DNA of 64,000 nt from Octopus vulgaris (taxonomy: Eukaryota): positions 9,858,001-9,922,000 of the forward strand of contig OX597819.1 in the NCBI GenBank assembly GCA_951406725.2, read 5' to 3'. Of this stretch, positions 11,300 through 22,112 are shown piece by piece; the stretch's first letter is position 1, and the number at the start of each line of letters is the position of its first letter. A program made the position numbers and the translations under genes. Below the pieces are notes generated by a model. That model was not told the origin of the DNA and did no database searches. It worked only from the letters and a program-made list of their open reading frames with translations.

Positions 11300-11550
11300 A
11301 CATAAAAAGCACTCGTGCCAATGCCATATAAATGCACTCATGCTGGTGCCACATCAAGAGCACCCAGCACACACTGTAAAGTGGTTGGCATGTTAGGAAG
11401 GGCAGCATCCAGTGATAGAAACCAAGCAAAATCAGACCCAGAAGCTGGTGCAGCTCTCCTACATGCCAGCCCTCAGTCAAACCATCCAACCCATGCCAAT
11501 AAAGGAATACTTATGTTAAAGGATGATGATGATGATGATGATGATGATAG
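11300..11550 (+). mobile_element. Older family D copy
   Basis: tgctggtgccac...gcacccagca...gtggttggc...ggaaggg core and a (GAT)n tail. Confidence 0.7.
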
Positions 11551-11819
11551 TGTTTATTTTTTTACTTGTTTCAGTCACTAGATTATGGCCATGCTGGAGC
11601 ACCACCTTGAAGGATTTTTAGGCAAAATAATTTACCCCCAGAACTTATTTTCTTTTCAAGCCTGGTACCTGTTCTATTGGCCTTTTATGCTGAACCACTA
11701 AATTACAGGGACATAAACACACCAACACCATTTGTCAAGCAGTGTGTATGGGGGGGGGGTCTTTTAAAAATACTGACACAAAGATATGCACACGTGCACA
11801 CACACACACACATATATAA

Positions 11820-12950
11820 ACAGAGTGATTGAAAAGTGACTCCCTATTTTAAAATGCTTATAATTTATTTATTAACGGTAATTTTTTTCTCAAATTTGTT
11901 GTGTATTTTCTTTAATGGGAATTGATTCTATGTTGTTTTGTTTTGTTTTGTTTTTTCAGTTCAATTATTTTGTTTGAAATTTAGAAGCCCTACAAACATG
12001 GCCGGATGTGCAGGAGTGTACCCAGCTAGGGGCACCTTATGTAGTTTGAAGATCAATTGTTCAAGTGCAAAAGTGGTGAAGGACCATTAGAGAAAGACAT
12101 GCTCAAGTTGATGCAAAGACAATCAAGAATTGTCGTGCAAAACTCATGACTACAGGATCTGTAGCTGATACTCAAAGAGGCAGTCATTCTTCCAATTCAT
12201 CAAGGTCCACATGATTGGCCAGCCAGAAACCCTGATTTAATATGCTGCTACTTTTTTTTGGGGGGGGTTGAGGGAGTTTAAAGGAGCATGTCTATTCTAC
12301 CAAACCAACAATTTTGGAAGAACTTGAATGGTGAATACAAGAAGTTATGTCCTCCATCCCACAAGAATTTCAGGTGAAATCAGTTGATGTAGCTCCTGGG
12401 TGGCTTGAGAAGCTGGTGGCGAATCCTGGGGCGTATATCGAATTTTAAATAAAACTTCATGCTAAACACTTTCTTCACATACTCTCTTTACTCCTTTACT
12501 TGTTTCAGTCATTTGACTGCGGCCATGCTGGAGCACCGCCTTTAATCGAGCAAATCGACTCCGGGACTTATTCTTTGTAAGCCCAGTACTTATTCTATCG
12601 GTCTCTTTTGCCGAACCGCTAAGTGACGGGGACGTAAACACACCAGCATCGGTTGTCAAGCAATGCTAGGGGGACAAACACAGACACACAAACACACACA
12701 CATATATATATATATATACATATATACGACAGGCTTCTTTCAGTTTCCGCCTACCAAATCCACTCACAAGGCATTGGTCGGCCCGGGGCTATAGCAGAAG
12801 ACACTTGCCCAAGATGCCACGCAGTGGGACTGAACCCGGAACCATGTGGTTGGTTAGCAAGCTACTTACCACACAGCTTTCTAAAAATTACAGTTAATAA
12901 ATAAATTATAGGTATTTTAAAATAGGGAGTTACTTTTCAATCACCCTGTA
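11820..12950 (+). mobile_element. Internally deleted Tc1/mariner-family element with both TIRs
   Basis: TIRs of about 50 bp (cagagtgattgaaaagtgactccctattttaaaat / attttaaaatagggagttacttttcaatcaccctg|TA). Remnant 'WPARNPDL....FF....LKEHVYSTKP'. Confidence 0.8.
12481..12877 (-). mobile_element. SINE family B copy inserted in a Tc1/mariner fossil
   Basis: Family B sequence lying between the transposase remnant and the right TIR. Confidence 0.85.
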
Positions 12951-13645
12951 TATATATATATGCATACATGATGGGTTTCTTTCAGTTTCTGTCTACCAAA
13001 TCCACTCACAAGGCTTTGGGTTGGCTTAAGTCTTTAGTAGCTAACACTCACCCAGTAGAACTGAACCTGGAACCATATGGTTGGGAAGGAAACTTTTTAC
13101 TACACAACCACACCTGCATCTACATGATGGCTTTATCTACATGGTAGAATCACAGGGCTTTAGTTGTGTGTAAGTCTTGGTGATATCAAAAAAATTCTGC
13201 TTGGCTACATAGCCTATATTTTAGAATTGTGTGAGGTTGTATGCATGTGGATGCAATATACATACTTCTACATGTGTTGGTGCTGGTACAGCCATACATG
13301 TAAGTTTTCTTGTATTTGGGTATATGAGGCTGTGTGCGTGTGTGTGCATAGGTAAATGGACTTATGTACATGTGTGTGTATGCAGCAACACTCAACTGAT
13401 GGTCTGCCTTCGTCTTTGTTTCACAGCTGTATCTACCAAATAGCATTTTACCCAGCTAAACAGCTAAATGCCATAAAACTGTCAACAGTTATTTGCATTA
13501 TCTTCTTTTCATTTCTCTGTGATAAATGCCACTGATCTCTTGAGGCTGTGGGTTTGCTGTTATTATTATTATTATTATTATTTCAAATTCCACCACCAAA
13601 GCTGACTTTGCCTTTCATCCTTTCAGGGTTGATAAATTAAGTACC

Positions 13646-13876
13646 TATTTCTTTACTACCCACAAGGGGCTAAACACAGAGGTGACAAACAAGGACAGAC
13701 ATAGGTATTAAGTCGATTACATCGACCCAAGTGCGTAACTGGTACTTAATTTATTGACCCTGAGAGGATGAAAGGCAAAGTCGACCTCGGCAGAATTTGA
13801 ACTCAGAACGTAACGGCAGATGAAATACGGCTACGCATTTCGCCCGGCGTGCTAACGTTTCTGCCAGCTCGCCGCC
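13646..13876 (-). mobile_element. Young SINE family C copy nested in an older plus-strand C-type copy (about 13585-13990)
   Basis: Duplication ttgataaattaagtacc at 13629-13645 and 13896-13912. A further old copy lies at about 14025-14270. Confidence 0.85.
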
Positions 13877-14290
13877 TTGATAAATTAATATCAAGTTGAT
13901 AAATTAAGTACCAGTTGAGTACTGGGGTCGATGTAATCGACTTAACCCCTCCCCCAAATATTAGGCCTTGTGCTTTAGTAGAAAGGATTGTTATTATTAT
14001 TATTATTATCATTATTATTATTATTAAGGTAGTGAGCTGGCAGAATCATTAACACAGCAGGCAAAATGTTTAGTGACATTTCACCCACTAAAGCTGACTT
14101 GACCTTTCATCCAATCAGGATCGATAAAATAAGTATCAGTCATGTACGGGGGTCAATGTAATTGACTAGTACCCTCCCCCAAATTTCAGGCCTTGTGCCT
14201 TTAGTAGAAAGGATTATTATTATTATTATTAAGGCAGCAGGCTGGCAGAATCATTAGCACACTGGGCAAAATTGTTATCCAACATCAGAC

Positions 14291-14764
14291 TGTTATAACT
14301 TCCACTCTGGTATAGTAGTATAGTGAGTTAGACAAGTAAAGACACGACTTTTTATGACCAACTTCTTGACCTCACAACAGTATTTGTAACAAGTGGCACA
14401 TACCACTCGTCACATAGGAGGGCGCTCCATTATTATTATCCCCACAACATCTCCCCTTTTCAGATTTTTTCTAAGGAATGTAATTTTATTTCTTTTTATT
14501 AACAATAATTTTTACATCATTCCACATCTCTTTTTTTGAGGTTTCTTTTCATACAGTTACAAATTTTATTTATTTTTTTTTTTTGGCATCCACTTCCAGG
14601 AACTCCATACATTTTCTGGGTTCAATTATTTGTAGTGGTGTTGGTACATAAAAAGTATCATATAACCATTTCATTGGTTCTTTCATTCTCTTGGGTTTGC
14701 TCTCAGTAAATCTTGTTTTTAGTTGATTTATGCGTCTGGTGTGTACCCATTTTCTTCCTTTTAC
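14291..14764 (-). mobile_element. Gypsy/Ty3-type LTR retrotransposon 3' end: integrase tail, PPT and 159-bp 3' LTR
   Basis: Minus ORF 'VKGRKWVHTRRINQLKTRF', PPT AAAAGGGGAGA (14460-14450), then an LTR TGTTGT...ATAACA (14449-14291). Confidence 0.72.
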
Positions 14765-15777
14765 CAAGTATAGACCCGTCGTTGCCGGGTCATAGTGCTA
14801 GTGCATGTATATATGTGTACATAGTGCATCTATATATATACATCTACACATAAAATACAAAATACAAAGTTATATCTTGATATCGCCTGTGATAACAATA
14901 CTCAAAATATATAACAGACTGGAATTGTTAGCCCGTCTCTTGCAATTTCGATCAATTGTATCTTGTCCTCCCTCTTGTATAGAAGTGTGGCTACAATCCA
15001 GCTTACCTCTACTTCGATGGTGGGGGGGATTTAAAATTTTTTTCCGGGACGTCCTACGTCCCAGATATAAAGGTAAAAATAAAATACTTCCATTTTGCAA
15101 GTTCAAGTCAAGTACTCCTTTGCACGCTCCGTTGACTCGAACCTTGCTTCTATTGTGGCGAATTTACCGCCTCTGATTAGATATCTTTCATAGTCACACC
15201 AAGACACTTTTCGAAGGTGCTTTCCTCCATGTGTTCAAATCTTTTTTCTCTACATTGTATACTTTATAGACAATAGTCTTTTCTTTAATTTAATTTTTTA
15301 TTATCCATCTGGACTATTCCATTTCTGCACGCTAATTTTATTTTTAATTTATTTCCATTCATGTGAAACCACTTATTCAAGTTCAAATCATTGATGCAAT
15401 TTTATACCAATTGCTAGTTTTACTTTTTTTTTTATGTTACGATTATATTATACTCTAGCTTGATTTTAATTATTACTTACTACATACAATTCAATTGTTA
15501 TTATTATTTTTATTGTTAAAGTGAAAGTATCTGACATAAAATAGAGAAACGTTTTTGTTTCACTTTTAACACGTAATACTGAAATAGTGGAGAAGATATG
15601 ATATTGCTATGGGCTCTCCGTAGGCAAGAAGTTGAACATTTTTTTTTTTGCCCATGAAACTACATGGACCCTAAGTAAGGCATGTGTAAAATTTGAATGA
15701 AATTGGTTGTGTAGTTCTCAAGTTTTAGGGAAACACACAGACAGACAGACACACATTCTGTTTTATATATATAAAGA
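14765..15777 (-). mobile_element. Putative 1-kb Helitron (H2-like 3' end) with foreign internal sequence
   Basis: Minus-strand start A|TCTTTATATATATAAAAC at 15777 and H2-like hairpin at 14774-14801. That both ends belong to one element is inferred. Confidence 0.55.
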
Positions 15778-16013
15778 TACATAAATATATATACATACAT
15801 ATATATAAATGTATATACATAAATATAAACATATATACATAAATATAAAAACATATACATAAATATACATATATATAAACATATCTATATTTACACATAC
15901 ATATATATACACACAATATATACATATACATACATGTATATACATATACATATATATATAAATATACACATACATACATATTCATACATACATATACACA
16001 TACATATATATAC
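15778..16013. repeat. Degenerate (AT/AC)n microsatellite
   Basis: Direct inspection. Confidence 0.9.
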
Positions 16014-16160
16014 ATCATCATCATCATCATCATTTAACATCCGCTTTCCATGCTAGCATGGGTTGGATGGTTCAACTGGTGTCTGGGGAGCCCGAAGGCT
16101 GCACCAGGCCAGTCAGATCTGGCAGTGTTTCTACAGCTGGATGCCCTTCCTAACGCCAAC
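16014..16160 (-). mobile_element. Family D 3' fragment
   Basis: (CAT)n followed by ...ggatgcccttcctaacgccaacc. Confidence 0.8.
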
Positions 16161-16593
16161 CATATATATATATATATATATATATATGCATACATACACA
16201 CATACATTATATACATATATATTATATTTATTGAATCATGATTATCTTGATCAAGATTCTGATGAAAATTTGTGTATATATTTATATGTGTAGAATGTTA
16301 GGTGCGATGTGTATGTATGTGTAGCAACGTACATTTATGTTTCTAAGTGTGTGTATATGTGTGTGTGCGCGTGTGTGCGCACGAAAGTGTAGACTTCACA
16401 TGTATTTCATATTTTGCATTCAGCAGCTATTTCATTGTGATGAGCATTTTTGAATTTACAACTGTAGAATTGCGATACGTAATTCAAATGAAATTAATTT
16501 AGAGGCTGCAATTGCCCAAATCCACAGTATTGGATGCAGTAAGACTGAGACACACCAAGAAAAAAAGATTTCATAATATATATATATATATTA

Positions 16594-16780
16594 CGCAGGA
16601 GTGGCTGTGTGGTAAGTAGCTTGCTAACCAACCACATGGTTCCGGGTTCAGTCCCACTGCGTGACATCTTGGGCAATTGTCTTCTGCTATAGCCCCGGGC
16701 CGACCAATACCTTGTGAGTGGATTTGGTAGACGGAAACTGAAAGAAGCCTGTCGTATATATGTATATATATATATATATA
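16594..16780 (+). mobile_element. SINE family B, 5' half
   Basis: Runs from the head to the internal (TA)n and ends at a Helitron terminus. Confidence 0.8.
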
Positions 16781-17165
16781 CTAGCAGTATCGCCCGGCGT
16801 TGCTCAGGTTTGTAAGGGAAATAACTTTAAAGCATTTTTAGAGAGTTATAGCCAAAAAATAGCAAAAAAATGGGAAAAAAATGATGGTAAATTTTTTTGA
16901 GAGTTAAAAAAGGTGGAGTTGCGTCCCCTAGACGGTCTGTGGTTTGGGTTTCTGATTCTCGACCCCATGTCGAATTTATCGATTTTTTTCAGAACTGGGG
17001 GAACTTTTCAAAATTTTCGCTGCGTTAGTTTTGAATTATGACATTGGGCTATGTGTGTGTCAAGTTTCATCAGAATCGGTTGAAAGCCGTGGTCAGAGTG
17101 AGGGTACGAGAAAACAGACACACAGAAAACACACAGACAAACTGCCGTTTATATAGAGAGAGAGA
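16781..17165 (-). mobile_element. Helitron with an H1 3' end and a different 5' body
   Basis: The last roughly 120 bp match H1. The 5' part (TCTCTC..TATATAAAC) differs. Confidence 0.8.
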
Positions 17166-17210
17166 TATATATATATAGTGAGGGCTGCAGAAACTATTTA
17201 GCATTTAGAT

Positions 17211-17768
17211 CAGCAGTTCTCAACCAGGGTCCATGTGACCCATAAAGGTCCAGACAAGGTTTTTGGGGGGTCAATACAACAAATTAGTAAATTGGATATC
17301 CACGATAGTATTTTAAGGTCCCCTGAAAAACTTTTGCTTCAGATGTATGTATTGGTTATGTATTGCAAGAAACAGCTGGGTTTCTTTCTTTAACATTTTA
17401 CATGGTTCAACCTACATAGGTTAATGGAATTTGGAAAGAAGTTTCTATAAAACAAATTCTTAAACATTGGATGTCTATAGGGATCCACCAGTATAAAATA
17501 GTTATTAGAGGGGTCCATAGATAAGAAATAGTTGAGAACCCCTGCTTTAGATTATGTATTGGTACGGATTGCAAGAAACAGCTGGGTTTCTTTCACTAAC
17601 ATTTTACATAGTTCAACCTACACAAGTTAATGGGTGAAAAACAAAATAGGAATTTTGAAAGAAGTTTCTATGAAACTAGTTGTTAAACATCAAATGACTG
17701 TGGGGGTCCACCAGAATAAAATAGTAATCAAAGGGGTCCATAGATAAAAAAATGGTTGAGAACCCCTG
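17211..17768. mobile_element. hAT(Charlie)-like MITE with a tandemly duplicated right part
   Basis: TIR cagcagttctcaac / gttgagaacccctg ends at both 17544 and 17768. The 8-bp flanks are atttagat, ctttagat and ttttagat. Confidence 0.72.
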
Positions 17769-18401
17769 TTTTAGATGTATGTATTGCAAGAAACAGCTGT
17801 ACGTGTGAGTAAGAGAGAGGATGTATGTGTGTTTGTGTGTTCTTGACTTGATGTGTGATTGTAATAAGTGAACGTCATTCACTTCCAATATTCTGTGAAA
17901 AGGCAACAAGCTAACAGAATTGTTAGCACACCAGGCAAAAAGCTTAGCAGCATTTTGTCAGTTTTTATATCCTCAGTTCAAATGCCACTGGGGTCTACTT
18001 TGCTATTCATTCTTTCGGCGTTGATAAAATGAGTACCAGTTGGGAACTGGGGTCAATGTAATCAACTTAGCTCTTTTACTGAAGCTGTTGGCCTTGGGCT
18101 AAAATTTGAGACCAATATTCTCTGAAAACATGACTGGCCATGGGGAAATATTAACCTCTTAACATATAATCCCATATATTTCCGTTGAGAGATGTCAAGG
18201 AAATATGTATCTGGATGAAAATATACGTTCATTGTCACTTATTTCTAACCTGAAATACTTCGTTCAGTGTGTTCTTACCATTGTCTGTCCTTAACTGTCA
18301 TTTCTATCAAAAACTTCATAATAAATTAGAACTGATTCGAAATAATTTTTGTATGTATTCTTCCTTATATACAGATTCAAAATAAATATTTTAAAAATAT
18401 G

Positions 18402-18770
18402 ATGGCACGTAAGAGAACCATCCGAACGTTGCCAGCGTCGCCCCGACTGGGCACCGTGCCGGTGGCACGTAAAATGCACCATCCAATTGTGGCCATTGCC
18501 AGCCTCGTCTGGCCCCCATGCTGGTGGCACGTAAAAAGCACCATCCAATCGTGGCTGTTTGCCAGCCTCGTCTGGCACCTGTGCAGGTGGCACGTAAAAA
18601 GCACCCACTACACTCACGGGGTTGTTGGCGTTAGAAAGGGCATCCAGCCGTAGAAACACTGCCAGATCAGACTGAACCTGGCGCAGCCTTCTGGCTTCCC
18701 AGACCCCAGTTGAACCGTCCAACCCATGCTAGCATGGAAAACGGACGTTAAACGATGATGATAATGATGA
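18402..18770 (+). mobile_element. Family D (RTE 3'UTR) copy
   Basis: Tandem units, the ggcgttagaaagggcatcc core and a (GAT)n tail. Confidence 0.82.
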
Positions 18771-18995
18771 TACATATATATGTATGTGTGTGTTTGTGTG
18801 TCTGTGTTTGTCCCCCTAGCATTGCTTGACAACTGATGCTGGTGTGTTTACGTCCCTGTCACTTAGCGGTTCAGCAAAAGAGACCAATAGAATAAGTACT
18901 GGGCTTACAAAGAATAAGTCCCGGGGTCGATTTGCTCGACTAAAGGCGGTGCTCCAGCATGGCCGCAGTCAAATGACTGAAACAAGTAAAAAAAT
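18771..18995 (+). mobile_element. SINE family B, 3' half
   Basis: Runs from the internal microsatellite to the 3' stem-loop and tail. Confidence 0.8.
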
Positions 18996-19054
18996 AAAAA
19001 TTAAAAATAAATAAATAGAATGTCATTATCATTTTCATCATTTAATGAGGGTAA

Positions 19055-19101
<47 letters not shown>

Positions 19102-20048
19102 TTGCATGTTTTTTTTTCTCTCTTTGATAATTATCTTGCTGCATCCACACTATTAATGGCCTTCTTATCAGCACACAACACAGACACACATATATACATC
19201 AAACACACACACATAGAGAGAGAGACACATACACACACTCATATGTATGCACAGATGTGGTTATGTGATGAGGAATTTTGGGTTCAGTCCCACTGCGTGA
19301 TATCTTTGGCAAGTGTCTTCCGCTATAGCCTGTGGTCAGTCAAAGCCCTGTGAATGGTTCTAATAAAGACAACCTAAAAGAATCCTATTGTGTGTGTGTG
19401 TGCATGCATTACTGTCTCCCTGTCTTAACTTCGCATGATAGCTGTAAACAAGCATCACTGTCATACAAGCAGTGTTCTTTGTTTCCAAGCTTCTATGATT
19501 CCATGTCTGGCTATGGAGAAATATTGGATTCAAATTTTGGCACAAGGCCAGTAGTTTCAAAGGTGGGGTCAAGTTGATTACATCAACCCCAGTGCTCAAC
19601 TGGTATTTATTTTATTGGCCCCAAAAGGATGAAAGGCGAAGCTGACTCCTGTAGAATTTGAAATCAGAATCTAAAGACAGTCAAAATGCCGCTATGCAAT
19701 TTGCTCAACTCAGTAACGATTCTGCCAGCTCGATGCCTTCCTATGGAGAAATATTACCTTATTCAGAAGGAAATGGTGATTAGAAGGGCATCTGGCAGCA
19801 AAAAAAATCTTCCTCACAGAATTCCATCTGACTCATGGAAGCATGGAAAAAAAAAACCGGATCCGATGATGATGATGGGTGATCTTAGGCAGTTGGTATT
19901 AAGAAGCTAAACAGGAGATTTGACTCAGAGATCTAAGGAAAATTTTATTAGAAAATTAAGAAAAGCTAACAACTTTGGGCCTCACTAACAAGATGACATC
20001 AGACTGAAACACATAGAACTATATAAACTTACTGAACTTTTGTTAGCA

Positions 20049-20428
20049 TCTTTATATATAAAAGAGAGGTTGTGTGCTGTCTGTCTCCTACGATTTAGAT
20101 TCCTAACTACTCCCACATTTTGCGGTGCAGTTTAACCAAAACCGGGTATATTATACCTTCTGGGTATTAGCGCGCGTCTACGATGAGTCTACGATTTAAA
20201 AAAAAATTTACCATCAATTTTTCCCATTTTTAATGCATTTTTGGCATATATAAGGGAAGTAACTCTCTAAAAATTTATTATTAAATCTCAGAATGTAAAA
20301 AGCTACAGTAACACCGCCCCCCCTTTGTGGTTAACCATATTGAGATGGCTATTATCCTTTACATCTCTAAAAATGCTTATATAGTTATTTCCCTTACAAA
20401 CCCGAGCAACGCCGGGCGATACTGCTAG
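20049..20428 (+). mobile_element. Helitron H1
   Basis: A|TC ... CTAG|T termini with hairpin. Confidence 0.88.
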
Positions 20429-20713
20429 TTAAAAATAAACTGCAAAATATTGATGATGCTGATGATTAAAAAGAGCAACCACACAAATCTAACATAAATC
20501 TGACACTGAAATTTAATTCAGTTACAGTCTTAGTCTTAATCTGGTTGAATTCTCAAGGGGTAATGATTAAACCATTTAAATTTCTTCAGACACTGAAATA
20601 TGTCCATGGCTTAGATATTCGTTTCTTGCTAGAGCAATGAACCTAGCTTTAATTTGGCACCAAAGTGAAGCAAAGGGAAGTCTCTACACAATTATTCAAC
20701 TTGCAAGTAATAA

Positions 20714-21350
20714 TTCGCCAGCCTCGTCTGGCACCTGTGTCGGTGGCACATAAAAAACACCATCCAAGCGTGGCCGTTCGCCAGCCTCGTCTGGCACCTG
20801 TGTCGGTGGCACATAGAAAAACACCATCCGAGTGTGGCCGTTCGCCAGCCTCGTCTGGCACCTGTGTCGGTGGCACATAGAAAAACACCATCCGAGCGTG
20901 GCCGTTCGCCACCCTCGTCTGGCACCTGTGTCGGTGGCACATAAAAAGCACCCACTACACTCACGGAGTGGTTGGCATTAGGAAGGGCATCCAGCTGTAG
21001 AAACACTGCCAGATCTGACTGGCCTGGTGCAGCCTTCGGGCTTCCCAGACCCCAGTTGAACCGTCCAACCCATGCTAGCATGGAAAGCGGACATTAACCC
21101 TTTAGTGTTCACATTATTCTGCCAAAATTAATGCTTTTTTATCCACATTGTTTTGAACTAATCATGCATTATCTTGTAGCTATGAGATTTTGATGAGGTA
21201 GCTATTGATTTTTAAGATGATATTGTAGGGTTGGTGTGAGAGACCAGATCTGGCCAGTTTGAACATAAAACAAGCAGAATACTTTTGGCCGGATACGGCC
21301 GGTTTAAATGCTAAAGGGTTAAACGATGATGATGATGATGATTATGATGA
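20714..21350 (+). mobile_element. Family D (RTE 3'UTR) copy with about 3.6 tandem 63-64-bp units, interrupted by a piggyBac-like MITE
   Basis: Unit starts at 20717, 20780, 20844 and 20908. The (GAT)n tail resumes after 21322. Confidence 0.85.
21094..21322. mobile_element. piggyBac-like MITE P1
   Basis: Inserted at the single TTAA of a family D tail, which is now duplicated. Confidence 0.88.
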
Positions 21351-21717
21351 TCCCTCAAATAATTCTCTACCAACATAAAGATAATGTAGTTCCTAATATA
21401 CAAAATAGCAGAATAGCCATGGTTGGAACACCATTTGATCATAGGCGTGGTCAATCAGAACTGGTCTGGAGTTAAAATGAGGGTACTGTATAATTTATGA
21501 GGGTTCTATTGGTTTACAGCATTGAGTCTGGAGAAGACGACATTAAGATTCAGCTATGGAATTAGAGCTACCTCAACGACATATGCCACAGCATACTATG
21601 ACAAAATACAAGACATCAACAGAAACAAAAGCAAATATTAAACTGTGAATACATTAACTGCTGACAGATAAATAAAAAATTTGTTTTTGAGTAATTAAAA
21701 AAAATGAAACAAGTGCT

Positions 21718-21723
21718 TTTATT
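21718..21723 (-). terminator. Candidate polyadenylation signal (AATAAA) of GTF3C1
   Basis: AATAAA on the minus strand about 390 nt after the stop codon, followed about 15 nt later by CA and a U-rich tract. Confidence 0.55.
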
Positions 21724-22112
21724 TACTGTTTTATGATCTAAATAATTATATATTGATACACAGATGAGTCACAAGTTAATGAAATGATTTGAAATTGAGG
21801 AAAAATTGTGTATTTCCACTGTGGTGTATTGTTTCCACATATGTCAGGCCATGCATACATAGAAACCAGGTCCTAAAAACTACAAGATTCTTTTTCTTAT
21901 GAAATAATGGACAAAAACAAGTGAAGATTACTTTTTTCTTTTCTTTTTCTTTTGTGTAGATCCAAATATTGGAGTAATGCAGCAAATGAAGTTCTCTTTT
22001 TTATATGATTTTTTTTTAATTCCATTCTTTTTTTAATGGGGAGTGGGGAAGTTCTTTTGGACCATATGGAATTGAGGTAAAAATAGAAATCTGTCATCAG
22101 TTATGTAACAGA

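Noticed and set aside
16594-18995. One SINE B split by 2 kb of nested insertions
   Set aside because: No shared TSD, and the intervening DNA includes much older repeats and unique sequence. Two independent half copies are more likely.
20649-21081. CRISPR-like array or repeat protein 'CHRHRCQTRLANGH'
   Set aside because: Contiguous tandem units with no unique spacers, no cas genes, eukaryotic context. It is part of the retrotransposon UTR.
21500-21680. Terminal exon of a plus-strand gene converging on GTF3C1 (tttacag|..IESGEDDIKIQLWN*, AATAAA near 21671)
   Set aside because: Weak acceptor, very short peptide and no supporting upstream exons recognised. Cannot be supported without RNA-seq.
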